A stretch of DNA of 64,000 bases, from NCBI GenBank assembly GCA_046759185.1, contig JBHIBO010000002.1, positions 16,986 through 80,985 of the forward strand, written 5' to 3'. The notes below the pieces were generated by a model. That model did no database searches. It saw only the letters and a list, made by a program, of their open reading frames with translations, and was not told the origin of the DNA. Below, in pieces: positions 37,489 through 47,859 of the stretch. Positions within the stretch are counted from its first letter, which is position 1. Each line of letters begins with the position of its first letter. The position numbers and the translations under genes are program-made. This stretch comes from Thermoplasmata archaeon (GTDB lineage Archaea; Thermoplasmatota; Thermoplasmata; RBG-16-68-12; JAJISG01).

Positions 37489-38477
37489 CTTGCCCTCTCC
37501 TGTGCCATGTCTCGAAGGCGGGGCATGACGTCGCGCGCGAAGAGTTCCAGCGGCGTGATCTCCCAAGCGTCCGGGAAGTAGACTACGAAGTACGTGACCC
37601 CCACGTCCAGAAAGCGTCCCAGCAGCGCCGCGATGCCCTCGGGGTCGCCGATCATCGTCCGCGCCGCGTACTCCTCCGGGTTCTGTCGGAGCCGCCTGGC
37701 GAAGCCTGTCCCCTTCGCTTGCGCCTCCCTCTTCCCCTCGGCGAGCACCACCGAGCGGTTGTGGCTCCGCTCGATCTCCCCGGGGTCCCGGCCAACGGCC
37801 CTGCAATGGTCATCCAGGATGCGGGACTTTCGCAGGAAGATCTCGGGGTCACCGAAGAAGTTCGAGCGGTCGGCCCACTTCGCCACGGACCGTAGGGTCA
37901 GCTGCTCCCCCCCGCCTCCGATGGTGATGGGGGGATGGGGCTCTTGGACGGGTTTGGGGTCGCAGTAAGCTCCCGCCAGCCGGTAGTGCTTCCCCTCGAA
38001 GTGGACCTGCTCCTCTGTCCAGCATCGCCGGATGATCTGTACGGCCTCGTCCATCATGCCGATGCGGACGGCGGGGGACGGGTATTCGTAACCGTACCCG
38101 AGGTACTCGTGCTCGAACCAGCCCGCACCCAGGCCGAATTCGAGGCGACCCCGGGAAAGCACGTCCACGCACGCCGCCATCTTCGCCAACAGAGTGGGAT
38201 TCCGGTAGCTGTTGGCGGTGACCATCTGCCCGACGCGGAGTCGTTGAGTCAGGGCGGCGATGGCCGTTGTCATGGTCCAGCACTCGAAGACCGAGAGCGG
38301 CGCGGGTTCCGGGACCGGGTGGAAGTGGTCGTAGAACCAGCCGGAGGCGAAGCCGAGCCGATCCAGTGCCTTCGCGACCTCGACGATGAGGTCATACTGC
38401 TCCTCAGGTGCTGCTTCCGAGGGAAGGTCGTAGATCCAGCCCTGGGGGATCATGGCCCCGAAGGTGATCTCCCGCAT
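37485..38477 (-). CDS. LLM-class (putative F420-dependent) oxidoreductase
   Basis: YDHF, YRNPTLLAKMAACVD.LS.GRLEFGLGAGW, GGGGE. Confidence 0.9.
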   Translation of the reverse strand: MREITFGAMIPQGWIYDLPSEAAPEEQYDLIVEVAKALDRLGFASGWFYDHFHPVPEPAPLSVFECWTMTTAIAALTQRLRVGQMVTANSYRNPTLLAKMAACVDVLSRGRLEFGLGAGWFEHEYLGYGYEYPSPAVRIGMMDEAVQIIRRCWTEEQVHFEGKHYRLAGAYCDPKPVQEPHPPITIGGGGEQLTLRSVAKWADRSNFFGDPEIFLRKSRILDDHCRAVGRDPGEIERSHNRSVVLAEGKREAQAKGTGFARRLRQNPEEYAARTMIGDPEGIAALLGRFLDVGVTYFVVYFPDAWEITPLELFARDVMPRLRDMAQERAS

Positions 38478-38500
38478 GCCGCCCGCAACGGGAGTCCCGC

Positions 38501-39586
38501 TTAATTCCCTTCTCCCCGGTCCGCCAATTCCGAGAGTTCCTCCCGTTGCTCCCGGAGATTCCACGTCTCCTCGGCGTAGACGTCCTCGAGGAGGGTCTCC
38601 CACCGGAGCGGGCCGGAAGCTTCCGCCTGCTTGATGGCGTCCGAGATCTCCTGGTCGACCTTCATCTGCATGGCGTCATCCTGCACCTCGTCCAAGACAC
38701 CGCGGTTCCGGAGGTAGACCCGAAAGCGATCCAAGGGGTCCTTGGCCCGCCACTTCTTCACCTCCTCCTCGTCCCGGTAGCGGCTGGGGTCGTCCGCCGT
38801 GGAGTGGGCGCCGATGCGGTAGGTTACCGCCTCGATGAAGCTCGGCCCCTTGCCCGTGCGCGCTAGGTTGACCGCCCGCCTGGCGGCCGCATAGACGGCG
38901 AAGATGTCGTTGCCGTCCACACGGACCCCGGGGAAGCCGTAGGCCTTGGCCTTGATGTGGAGGGTCTTGGTCGCCGTCTGGGCCGAAACGGGCATGGAGA
39001 TGGACCAGTGGTTGTTCTGGCACAGGATGACGACCGGGGGCCGGAAGACACCCGCGAAGTTCATGGCGACATGGAAGTCGGAGGTCGAGGTCCCGCCGTC
39101 GCCCACGTAGCCCAGCACCACCGCGTCGTCCCCCCGGTACTTGGCCGCCATAGCCGTGCCGACCGCCTGGGGGAGCTGGTTCCCGACAACGCTCGACCAG
39201 GACACGATGTTCGCTCCGCGGAAGGCGTAGTGGGAGGGTTGCATGTGCCCCTTGAGCACGTCGTCGCTACTCCCCATGAGCTGGGCGATGTATTTGGTCA
39301 ACGGGTAGCCCCGGAGGAGGGCGGCGCCCCCCTGGCGGAGGGCCGGATAGATCCAGTCCTGCTCCTCGAGGGCGAAGGCGCTCCCGACCACGGAAGCTTC
39401 CTCACCCGTCGACGTGCCGTAGAAACCGATGCGCCCCTGCCGTTGCAGGGCCATCATCCGGTCGTCCAGCAGCCGCAGCTGCAACATGCGGCGGTAGAGG
39501 GTGCGGAGGTCGTCGTTGGAGAGGCTGGGGGTCTTGCCCTTGACGGCCCCCGAGGGGGTGAGAATCTGGAAGGGTTCCTTGGCCAA
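38501..39586 (-). CDS. pdhA: 2-oxoacid dehydrogenase E1 alpha subunit (PdhA/BkdA-like)
   Basis: LQRQGR, GDG...QNN TPP motif, HSTADDPSRYR. Confidence 0.9.
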   Translation of the reverse strand: MAKEPFQILTPSGAVKGKTPSLSNDDLRTLYRRMLQLRLLDDRMMALQRQGRIGFYGTSTGEEASVVGSAFALEEQDWIYPALRQGGAALLRGYPLTKYIAQLMGSSDDVLKGHMQPSHYAFRGANIVSWSSVVGNQLPQAVGTAMAAKYRGDDAVVLGYVGDGGTSTSDFHVAMNFAGVFRPPVVILCQNNHWSISMPVSAQTATKTLHIKAKAYGFPGVRVDGNDIFAVYAAARRAVNLARTGKGPSFIEAVTYRIGAHSTADDPSRYRDEEEVKKWRAKDPLDRFRVYLRNRGVLDEVQDDAMQMKVDQEISDAIKQAEASGPLRWETLLEDVYAEETWNLREQREELSELADRGEGN

Positions 39587-39692
39587 GGGCTCCTCGGGCG
39601 CGCTAGGCGGCTTCGTCGCTTAAAGGTTGCGCGGTCGGTCGGGCCTGCCCCCTTCGGAAACTAGAAGATGGGCGGGGCCAGATAGGGATAGG

Positions 39693-41303
39693 ATGCCCTC
39701 CCCAGGTGGGCCCGATACGCCTTTGCAGGCCCTGGTCGAGGTGGCGGAGGCCCTGGCGGCCACGCGTAGCCGACTCCAGAAACGGGAGATTCTCGTAGAG
39801 TTCCTGACGGGATTGAAACACGAAGAGGTCGCCCCCGCTGTCCGCATCCTTACCGGCCGTCTCCTTCCGGAGTCGCAGGATCGGACGCTGAACCTGGGGT
39901 GGACCACCGTCCGTCGAGCCCTGGAGGCCTCGGGTCAGGCGACGCTCCTTGGAGAGGACCTGACCCTCCTCCAGGTGTACCGGGCCTTCCAGGAAATCGC
40001 CCGCGTGGAGGGCAAGAACTCCGTGAAGAAGAAACGGTGGCTGCTGCAAGCCCTCCTCGCCCAAGCCTCGGACGCGGAGAAGGACCTCCTCCTCCGGGCC
40101 ATCGGCCGCGAGATGCGCATCGGGGTCCATGAGGGGGTCATGCTGGAGGTCCTTGGCGACGCCTCCGGGGCCAACCTGGCCACCGTTCAGCGGGCCAACA
40201 TGTTTCTGGGGGACCTGGGACGGACAGCCCGCCTCGCCCTGACGGAGGGCGCGGAGGCCCTTGCCGCCCAGAAGCTCCAGCTTTTCACCCCCGTCAAGCC
40301 CATGATGGCAGAGATGGCCGACGACCTGGAGGCGGCCCTCGAGGCCCATGCCGAAGGGGCGGCGCTGGAGTTCAAGCTAGATGGTGCGCGCATCCAGATT
40401 CATCGGCGTGGGGGGGAGATTCGGATCTTCACCCGCCGCCTTACGGAGGTCACGGAGAGCCTCCCCGACGTCGTCTCCTGGGTGCGCCGTTTCGATGGCG
40501 GTGACCTCCTCGTGGAAGGCGAGGTCGTGGCCCTCGGCGAGGACGACCGTCCCTTGCCCTTCCAGGACCTCATGCGACGGTTCCGACGCATCCACGATCT
40601 GGAGGCGTTGGTGGAACGCATCCCCCTCCGACTGTATCTCTTCGATGCGCTCCTGATGGATGGGACCCTCCTCATCGATCTGCCCTACGAGGAACGCTGG
40701 GCGCGACTGGCCGACGCTGTGCCTGAGGAGGTCCTCGTCCCCCGCCTCGTCCGCCCAAGTCTGAAGGAGGGTCAGACCTTCTATGAAGAGGCCACCGAGG
40801 CCGGCCACGAAGGGGTGATGGCCAAGGACCTGCGGAGTCCCTACACCCCGGGCAAGCGAGGGAAGCGGTGGTTGAAGGTGAAGCCGGCCGACAACCTCGA
40901 CGTGGCCATTGTCGCCGCGGAGTGGGGCCACGGACGCCGCCAGGGATGGCTGAGCAACTACCACCTGGGGGTCCGGGACGAGCTGGAGGGAGGCTTCGCG
41001 ATGATCGGCAAGACCTTCAAGGGGCTCACGGACGAGGAGTTCCAGGCGATGACCCGACGTCTTCTCGAGCTCAAGGAACGGGATGATCGGTACGTGGTGA
41101 CCGTGAAGCCCCGGGTCGTCGTGGAAGTCGCCTACAACGAAATCCAGCGAAGCCCACACTATAAATCGGGGTACGCCCTCCGTTTTGCTCGAGTCACCCG
41201 GATCCGAGACGACAAGTCCTGGGAGGAGACCGACACCCTCCAGGGCCTCGAGGCGCGCTACCAGAAGCAGTTTGAGCGCAAGGGCAAGTTGCGGGATGCG
41301 TAA
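39693..41303 (+). CDS. lig: ATP-dependent DNA ligase
   Basis: DNA-binding domain, EFKLDGAR, EGVMAK, WLKVK, LRFAR. Confidence 0.93.
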   Translation: MPSPGGPDTPLQALVEVAEALAATRSRLQKREILVEFLTGLKHEEVAPAVRILTGRLLPESQDRTLNLGWTTVRRALEASGQATLLGEDLTLLQVYRAFQEIARVEGKNSVKKKRWLLQALLAQASDAEKDLLLRAIGREMRIGVHEGVMLEVLGDASGANLATVQRANMFLGDLGRTARLALTEGAEALAAQKLQLFTPVKPMMAEMADDLEAALEAHAEGAALEFKLDGARIQIHRRGGEIRIFTRRLTEVTESLPDVVSWVRRFDGGDLLVEGEVVALGEDDRPLPFQDLMRRFRRIHDLEALVERIPLRLYLFDALLMDGTLLIDLPYEERWARLADAVPEEVLVPRLVRPSLKEGQTFYEEATEAGHEGVMAKDLRSPYTPGKRGKRWLKVKPADNLDVAIVAAEWGHGRRQGWLSNYHLGVRDELEGGFAMIGKTFKGLTDEEFQAMTRRLLELKERDDRYVVTVKPRVVVEVAYNEIQRSPHYKSGYALRFARVTRIRDDKSWEETDTLQGLEARYQKQFERKGKLRDA

Positions 41304-41339
41304 TCGAATCGGTCCCCGCGGGACGACAGGGAAGATCGG

Positions 41340-42773
41340 ATGGACCGGGCACCAGATTCCGCCGCAAGAGGCCCACCCGGTGGAATGACGCAGGGCGTCC
41401 AGACGCTGCTGGGCGATCCAAAGCGGGCCATCATTCGTCTCGCCCTGCCCATGATCGCCGCCTTCTCCCTCCAGACGATCTACAACTTCGTCGACGCCAT
41501 CTGGGTCGCGGGCCTCGGGCCTGACGCCCTGGCGGCTGTGGGCTTCTTCTTCCCCTTCTACTTCATCTCCTTGGCTATCGGCCTGGGCATCGGCACCGGC
41601 GGTGGGGCCGCGATCTCACGACGCATCGGGGCTCGAGACCGTGAGGGGGCAGGCCGGGTGGGGTCGCACACCTTCGTGCTCATGCTCCTCTCCGCCGTCG
41701 CCTTGGCGATCCCCTTCTTCCTCTTTGCGCGACCCCTCTTCGAAGCCATCGGGGCCGGCGGGACGACCGGGCTCGTGGTCGCGTACGGACAGGTCCTCTT
41801 CGCCGCCACCCCCATCATCTTCTTCACCAGCGTCGGCAACGCCGTTCTCCGGGCGGAGGGGGACGCTCGGCGCGCCATGTACGCCATGGCCTTTGGCGCC
41901 GTGTTGAACATCATCCTCGACCCGATCTTCATCTACCCCCTCGGTCTCGGGGTTGCGGGGGCGGCATGGGCGACGGTCCTGAGCCTCGCTGCCACCTCCA
42001 TCCTCATGGCCAACTGGCTGTTCTTCCGCAGGGACACCTACGTCCACTTCGCCTTTCGGGGCTTTCGGTTCGAGCGGGCCATCCTCCGGGACATCCTCCG
42101 TGTCGGGCTCCCCGCCTCGGTCATGTTTCTGACCATGTCCTTCGCCATCCTGGCCCTGAACCTGATCGTCGTGGCGGTGGACAGCACGGACGGAGTGGCC
42201 GTGATGACCGCTGGATGGAGGGTCCTCACCCTCGCTCATCTGCCGGTCTTTGGGCTGAGCACCGCCGTCGTGTCGGTCATCGGTGCGAGCTACGGGGCCC
42301 ATGCCTACGGGAAGTTGAAGACCGCTTATCTCTACGGAATTCGGGTCGGGTTGTACATGGAGATTCCGGCGGCGATTGCCATCTTCTTTCTGGCGGGACC
42401 CGTCGCAGCTCTCTTTACGTGGTCGGCGGCCTCGGCCGGCATCACCGGGGATATCATCACCTTCCTCATGATCGCGGCGCCCTCCGTGCCCTTCATGGCC
42501 CTCGCCGTCCCGACCTCCACGATGTTTCAGGGAACAGGCAGGGGCAACAGCGCGCTTCTTGTGACCCTCGTCCGGACGGTGATCCTGATGCCCCCCCTCG
42601 CCTACCTGTTCGCGGCCTCCTTCGGCCTCGGGTTGACGGGGGTCTGGTGGGGCATCCTGGCCGCGACCTCCGTGGGGGCGACGGTGGCCTTCATTTGGGG
42701 TCGAACCTACGTTAACGCCCTCGTGGCTTCCGAGGTCCCACGGCCCGAGGAGGGCCCCGCCGAGGCCTCGTAG
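41340..42773 (+). CDS. MATE family efflux transporter
   Basis: RLALPM, D.IWVAGLG..ALAA, NIILDPIFI, G.GVAGAAWAT; about 12 TM segments; start may be 41385. Confidence 0.93.
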   Translation: MDRAPDSAARGPPGGMTQGVQTLLGDPKRAIIRLALPMIAAFSLQTIYNFVDAIWVAGLGPDALAAVGFFFPFYFISLAIGLGIGTGGGAAISRRIGARDREGAGRVGSHTFVLMLLSAVALAIPFFLFARPLFEAIGAGGTTGLVVAYGQVLFAATPIIFFTSVGNAVLRAEGDARRAMYAMAFGAVLNIILDPIFIYPLGLGVAGAAWATVLSLAATSILMANWLFFRRDTYVHFAFRGFRFERAILRDILRVGLPASVMFLTMSFAILALNLIVVAVDSTDGVAVMTAGWRVLTLAHLPVFGLSTAVVSVIGASYGAHAYGKLKTAYLYGIRVGLYMEIPAAIAIFFLAGPVAALFTWSAASAGITGDIITFLMIAAPSVPFMALAVPTSTMFQGTGRGNSALLVTLVRTVILMPPLAYLFAASFGLGLTGVWWGILAATSVGATVAFIWGRTYVNALVASEVPRPEEGPAEAS

Positions 42774-42821
42774 CCGGGGCAAATCCTTTTACATCGCCCC
42801 GCGTGAAATCAGGGGATTCCC

Positions 42822-43601
42822 ATGGAGCCGAGAGCCATCTGGTCCGGGGCCATCCAATTCGGCCTTGTGAACATCCCCGTCAAGCTCTACGTGGCGACCA
42901 TGCGGAGGAACGTGTCCTTCCGCAGCCTACACCCGAAGTGTGGGAAGCCCCTCAGGCGGCCTTACTTCTGCCCCACCGACGAGGAGCAGGTCGAGTACAA
43001 GGAGGTCGTGAAGGGGTACGAGTACACCAAGGACAAGTACGTCACCCTGACCAACGAGGACTTTGAGAAGGTGCCCCTCAAGAGCAGCAAGGCCCTCGAG
43101 GTCCTGGGGTTCGTGGAGCGGGAGGAGGTGGATCCCCTCCTGCAAGATTCCAGCTACTACCTTGGACCCACGGAGCTGAGCGCGAAGCCTTTCGAACTAT
43201 TCCGCCAAGCGCTCGACCTCACGAACCGCTTGGCTCTTGCCCAGGCGGCCATCTGGAAGAAGGAGCAGGTGGTCTCCCTGCGTCCCCACGGGGAAGACCT
43301 GATCCTCTCCACACTCTTCTACGAAGACGAGGTCCGTCCCGCTCCGAGGGTGCCCTTGGAGGAACCTGTGACGGTCTCCAAGGCGGAGCTCGACCTCGCC
43401 TTGGACCTCGTCAAAGCCCAGACCATCCCCTACGACATCAGCCAGTACACGGACCACTACCGGGAGGCCCTCCTTGAGGTCATCAAGGCCAAGGTCGAGG
43501 GCAAGGAGATCGAGGCGCCGGTCGTGGAGACCCGCGAGACGCCGGAGGACCTGATGGCGGCCCTGAAGGCCAGCCTCCAGGCCGTCGAGAAGCCCACGTG
43601 A
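42822..43601 (+). CDS. ku: Ku protein (NHEJ)
   Basis: RAIWSGAIQFGLVNIPVKLY, VKGYEY, YYL.P, D.YRE, DLMAALKASL. Confidence 0.95.
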   Translation: MEPRAIWSGAIQFGLVNIPVKLYVATMRRNVSFRSLHPKCGKPLRRPYFCPTDEEQVEYKEVVKGYEYTKDKYVTLTNEDFEKVPLKSSKALEVLGFVEREEVDPLLQDSSYYLGPTELSAKPFELFRQALDLTNRLALAQAAIWKKEQVVSLRPHGEDLILSTLFYEDEVRPAPRVPLEEPVTVSKAELDLALDLVKAQTIPYDISQYTDHYREALLEVIKAKVEGKEIEAPVVETRETPEDLMAALKASLQAVEKPT

Positions 43602-43602
43602 C

Positions 43603-44562
43603 ATGCCCCTTCCGCGCGGCCCCATCCAACCCATGCTGGCCTACTCCCGGGACGACCCCTTCGACTCGGACGAGTTCTCCTTCGAGGTCAAGTGGGACGG
43701 GACCCGGACCGTCGCCTGGGCGGGGGAGGGCGATCGCCGCTTCCAGAACCGTCGCCTTCGAAGCATCGCGTATCGCTATCCGGAGATCGATCCGGAGGTG
43801 AAGGTCCCCGCCATCCTGGACGGGGAAATCGTCGTCATGGACCAAGGCAAGCCCTCGTTCGCGCGGCTTCAGCAGCGGGAACATGTGAGCGAAGCCTTCC
43901 GGGCGGGGCTCCTGGCCGAGCAGCTACCGGCCACCTACGTGGTGTTCGACATTCTGCATTGGAAGGACCGCAGTCTCCTCAGACTGCCATTGGAGGAGCG
44001 ACGCGCCATCCTGGAGGAGGTGGTCGAGCCGAACGAGCACGTCTACCTCAGCGAGCCCATCCGGCGGACCGGGATCGCCCTCTTCGAGGTGGCAAAGGCC
44101 CGGGGCTTGGAAGGCATCATGGCCAAGAAGCTCGGGACGCCCTACGAGGTCGGGAAGCGGGTGGACTACTGGCTGAAGATCAAGACCTACGTGCCCCAGC
44201 TGTGCGTCGTTGCGGGTCTCACCCTCGGCACGGGATGGCGGGCGCCATATTTTGGCGCCCTCATCCTGGGGGCCTATTGGGGCGAAGAACTCCGGTTCAT
44301 CGGTCGCGTAGGGACGGGCTTCGACCAAGCGAAGCTGGAGGAGATCCAGGCCCTGGCGCGTCCTTACGAGGGAACCGTCCCATTCCCGGAGGAGCCTGAA
44401 GGCGAACCGGTCAAGTTCTGGTTGCGACCCGCTCTGGTGGCGGAGGTCAAGTACCTGGAGTTCACCTCAGAGGGTAAGCTGCGGGCCCCCGTGTTCGTCC
44501 GGATGCGCCCCGATCTCACGCCGGCCGATTGCGTGCTCCCCGAAGAGTACCCGGGCAATTGA
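43603..44562 (+). CDS. ligD: LigD-type ATP-dependent ligase domain protein (NHEJ)
   Basis: PMLA, FEVKWDG.R, LDGEIV, FDIL, EGIMAKK, WLKIK, GRVGTGF, LRAPVF; directly follows ku. Confidence 0.9.
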   Translation: MPLPRGPIQPMLAYSRDDPFDSDEFSFEVKWDGTRTVAWAGEGDRRFQNRRLRSIAYRYPEIDPEVKVPAILDGEIVVMDQGKPSFARLQQREHVSEAFRAGLLAEQLPATYVVFDILHWKDRSLLRLPLEERRAILEEVVEPNEHVYLSEPIRRTGIALFEVAKARGLEGIMAKKLGTPYEVGKRVDYWLKIKTYVPQLCVVAGLTLGTGWRAPYFGALILGAYWGEELRFIGRVGTGFDQAKLEEIQALARPYEGTVPFPEEPEGEPVKFWLRPALVAEVKYLEFTSEGKLRAPVFVRMRPDLTPADCVLPEEYPGN

Positions 44563-44600
44563 TTAGTAGCGCGGCCGGCTTGGCCAGCCCGAGGGAGGCC

Positions 44601-45470
44601 ATGCGGGTCAAAGATGTGCAGCGCATTTGTGTCCTGGGCGCGGGGACCATGGGGGCGGGCATCGCCCAAACGTGCAGTGTGGCGGGGTTCTCCGTCGCCA
44701 TGCGGGACCTGACCGAGGAGCTCGTCGAAGGCGGCTTCCAGCGGATGCGGATTCCCCTGGAGAAGCGGGTGGCGCGGGGGAAGATGACCCAGGAGGAGGT
44801 GGAGACCATCCTGGGACGCATCGAGGGCTATACGGAATTAGACAAGGCCCTGGAGGGCGCGGACCTGGTCATGGAAGCCGTGTTCGAAGACATGGCGGTG
44901 AAGAAGGAAGTGTACGGGGAGGTGGACCGGCTCACCACGGACCATGTGGTCTTTGCCTCCAACACATCCTCCCTGAGCATTACCGAGATGGCCGCCATCA
45001 CGGGTCGCCCGGACCGCTTCGTCGGGATGCACTTCTTCAACCCCGCACCCGTCATGAAACTCGTGGAGGTCATCCGCGGATCCGAGACGGCGGAGGAGAC
45101 CGTGGAGCTGGCCATGGAGCTGTCCCGCCGGTTGGGGAAGGAACCGGTGGAGGTGAGGGAGTCGGCCGGGTTCGTGGTGAACCGTCTCCTCGTCCCCATG
45201 ATGAACGAGGCCTTCAACCTCCTCCTGGAGAACGTGGCGTCGGTGGAGGATATCGACAAGGCCATGAAGCTGGGCACGAACATGCCCATGGGCCCCTTCG
45301 AACTGGCCGACTTCACGGGCCTGGACGTGGGTCTTGCCGTGATGGAGGTGCTCCAGCGGGAGTCGGGGGACCCAAAGTTCCGCCCGAGCCCCCTCCTCCG
45401 CCAACTCGTGCGGGCGGGGCGCTTGGGCCGCAAGACGGGACGAGGCGTGTACGATTACAGGGGCGGGTAG
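44601..45470 (+). CDS. hbd: 3-hydroxyacyl(butyryl)-CoA dehydrogenase
   Basis: GAGTMGAGIA, SNTSS, HFFNPAP, GFVVNR, PMGP, LGRKTGRG. Confidence 0.92.
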   Translation: MRVKDVQRICVLGAGTMGAGIAQTCSVAGFSVAMRDLTEELVEGGFQRMRIPLEKRVARGKMTQEEVETILGRIEGYTELDKALEGADLVMEAVFEDMAVKKEVYGEVDRLTTDHVVFASNTSSLSITEMAAITGRPDRFVGMHFFNPAPVMKLVEVIRGSETAEETVELAMELSRRLGKEPVEVRESAGFVVNRLLVPMMNEAFNLLLENVASVEDIDKAMKLGTNMPMGPFELADFTGLDVGLAVMEVLQRESGDPKFRPSPLLRQLVRAGRLGRKTGRGVYDYRGG

Positions 45471-45498
45471 GACGGCCGCCTCGCACGTCCGCCTGGAT

Positions 45499-46254
45499 GT
45501 GGAGGACGGAATCGCCACCGTCACCCTGGATCGCCCCGAGGCTTTGAATGCCCTCAACTCCGAGGTGCTCCAGGAGTTGCGGCAGGTCCTCCGTGAGGTC
45601 GAGGGGCGAGAGGACATCCAGGTCCTGATTCTCACCGGTGCGGGGGATCGGGCCTTCGCCGCGGGTGCCGACATTCGGGAAATGTCCGACCAGCGACCCA
45701 TGGAGGGCCGGACGTACGCCGCCCTGGGCCACGAGGTCGCCCGCCTGTTGGAGCGGATGGGGAAGCCAGTCATCGCTGCGATCAACGGATACGCCTTGGG
45801 GGGTGGAACGGAGCTGGCCCTCGCTTGCGACGTGCGCATCGCCTCGGATCGGGCGCAGATCGGGCAGCCGGAGGTGAAGCTGGGCATCCCCCCGGGGTTC
45901 GGCGGCAGCCAGCGCCTGACCCGCCTCGTGGGTCGAGGGCGTGCCTCTGAGCTCATCTTCCTCGGCGAGCCCATCGGCGCCGCCGCGGCCGAACGCATGG
46001 GCCTTGTGAACCGGGTGGTCCGCCACGATCGGCTCCTGGAGGAGGCGAGGGGGTGGGCCCAGCGGATGCGAGAGCGGGGGCCCCTCGCTCTCAGGTTGGC
46101 CAAGACGGCCATCCACCAGGCCCAGGAGACGGGCCTCTCCGCGGGGCTGGACTATGAGGTGGAGTTGTTTAGTCTAGCCTTCGCCACCGACGACCGGGAC
46201 GAGGGCATGAAGGCCTTCCTGGAGAAGCGCAAGCCGGAGTTTAAGGGGACCTGA
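45499..46254 (+). CDS. Enoyl-CoA hydratase (crotonase)
   Basis: RPEALNAL, AFAAGADI, GGGTE, GQPEVKLG; true start may lie slightly upstream. Confidence 0.92.
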   Translation: MEDGIATVTLDRPEALNALNSEVLQELRQVLREVEGREDIQVLILTGAGDRAFAAGADIREMSDQRPMEGRTYAALGHEVARLLERMGKPVIAAINGYALGGGTELALACDVRIASDRAQIGQPEVKLGIPPGFGGSQRLTRLVGRGRASELIFLGEPIGAAAAERMGLVNRVVRHDRLLEEARGWAQRMRERGPLALRLAKTAIHQAQETGLSAGLDYEVELFSLAFATDDRDEGMKAFLEKRKPEFKGT

Positions 46255-46425
46255 CTAGGCGCTGGACTCGAACTCCTCTTGCAGGTCGATGATGACCTGC
46301 TCGAGGACCTCTTCGAAGGTCGAACTCCGGTACTCCCGGACCCCACCGAGCTCGCTCTGCACGCGGGCAATGTAGGTGCTGGAACTCTTCAGAAACTCCA
46401 CGTTGCAGAGAGACTCTTCGACCAT
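46255..46425 (-). CDS. Small acidic hypothetical protein (56 aa)
   Basis: MVEESLCNVEFLK...GGVREY...FEEVLEQVIIDLQEEFE; host-like codon usage; TATATAA about 20 nt upstream. Confidence 0.7.
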   Translation of the reverse strand: MVEESLCNVEFLKSSSTYIARVQSELGGVREYRSSTFEEVLEQVIIDLQEEFESSA

Positions 46426-46640
46426 CGGTCCGACGCCCCCCCTTATATAGGGCTGGCCTCCGCCCACCTGTCAAATGAGAACCCTATTTAAGCGTTGTTC
46501 CGTGGTTGCCAAAACCTGCACAATCGGACGCGGGAGGCTAGAATCTGCCATATGGGTGCCCCTCGGTTCGACCGAGCCAGTAAGCTTTATCTACGGACGG
46601 GAGGTCATCTCGACTTGGCTTTCCCCCCGGAGTGGGCATC

Positions 46641-46832
46641 ATGGGGAACATCCGACCAACCTACATCAAACGAGTCGCTCTCGAGCTGATTCGGCGGCAT
46701 TCGGATCGGTTCAGCGAGGACTTTGAGGCCAACAAGCGCACTGTGCAGGAGCTGACGGACGTCAGCTCGTCGACCATGCGGAACCGGATCGCGGGATACG
46801 TCACACGCCTGAAGCGAGCCCAGGAGACGTGA
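46641..46832 (+). CDS. rps17e: 30S ribosomal protein S17e
   Basis: [11 protein letters not shown]...DFEANK...RNRIAGYVT. Confidence 0.96.
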   Translation: MGNIRPTYIKRVALELIRRHSDRFSEDFEANKRTVQELTDVSSSTMRNRIAGYVTRLKRAQET

Positions 46833-46857
46833 GCGAAGCGGATCGACTTTTTGGGGC

Positions 46858-47859
46858 GTGGCTGTGAAGGACGCGATCCGAACCAAGGAGTTGACTCGGG
46901 TTTTTGGCGGAAAGAAACGCCGCCTCCGTCCACGCGATGAGGCGGAGAAGCGCGTCGTCGCCCTGGATCGCGTGGACACCCAGGTCGATGAGGGCGAGCT
47001 CTTCGGACTTCTGGGACCCAACGGAGCCGGGAAGACCACCCTCATCAAGATCCTCGCCACCCTCCTCCTACCCACCTCCGGGCTGGCCACGGTGGCTGGC
47101 TATGACGTCACGAAGGACCCCCATCCCATCCGCCAGCGGATCAACATGGTCTCCGGGGGCGAGACGAGCGGCTACGGCCTCCTCACGACACGGGAGAACG
47201 TTTGGATGTTCTCCCAGTTCTACGGCATCCCCTCCAAGGCGGCGAAGCGGGAGATTGACCGGCTGCTGGAGGAGTTCGAGCTCTGGGACCGCCGCGACGC
47301 CAAGGTGCGCACCCTCTCCACGGGTGAGCGACAGAAGATGAACATGGTTCGGGGGTTCGTGACGGATCCCGACATCATCTTCCTCGACGAGCCCACGCTG
47401 GGCCTGGACGTGTCGGCGGCTCGGGCCATCCGCCAGTTCATCCGTGCGTGGATTCAGGAAGACCGCGCCAAGACTGTCCTCCTCACCACCCACTACATGA
47501 TGGAGGCGGACGAGCTTTGTGACCGCATTGCCATCATCGACAACGGCCGGATCCTGGCCTGCGACACGCCGGACCGGCTGAAGGGGATGGTGAAGCGAGA
47601 CGTCACGGTTAAACTTGAGACGGATCGACTGAAGGACCCCAAGGCCTTCGACGTCATCGAGGGGGTCCAGAACTTCGCGGTCAAGGAAAATGCGCAGACC
47701 AACAGCACCTCCCTGACGTTCATCCTGGAGGACGACGCCCCCATCGGGGACATCATGTCGGAGGTGTTGAAACAGGGGAGCAAGGTCCAGGCCATGCAGA
47801 AAATCGACCCGACGTTGGAGGAGGTCTTCATCAGCCTCGTGGGGAGGGGGCTGGGTTGA
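46858..47859 (+). CDS. ABC transporter ATP-binding protein
   Basis: GPNGAGKTT, LSTGE, FLDEPT, TTH. Confidence 0.93.
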   Translation: MAVKDAIRTKELTRVFGGKKRRLRPRDEAEKRVVALDRVDTQVDEGELFGLLGPNGAGKTTLIKILATLLLPTSGLATVAGYDVTKDPHPIRQRINMVSGGETSGYGLLTTRENVWMFSQFYGIPSKAAKREIDRLLEEFELWDRRDAKVRTLSTGERQKMNMVRGFVTDPDIIFLDEPTLGLDVSAARAIRQFIRAWIQEDRAKTVLLTTHYMMEADELCDRIAIIDNGRILACDTPDRLKGMVKRDVTVKLETDRLKDPKAFDVIEGVQNFAVKENAQTNSTSLTFILEDDAPIGDIMSEVLKQGSKVQAMQKIDPTLEEVFISLVGRGLG

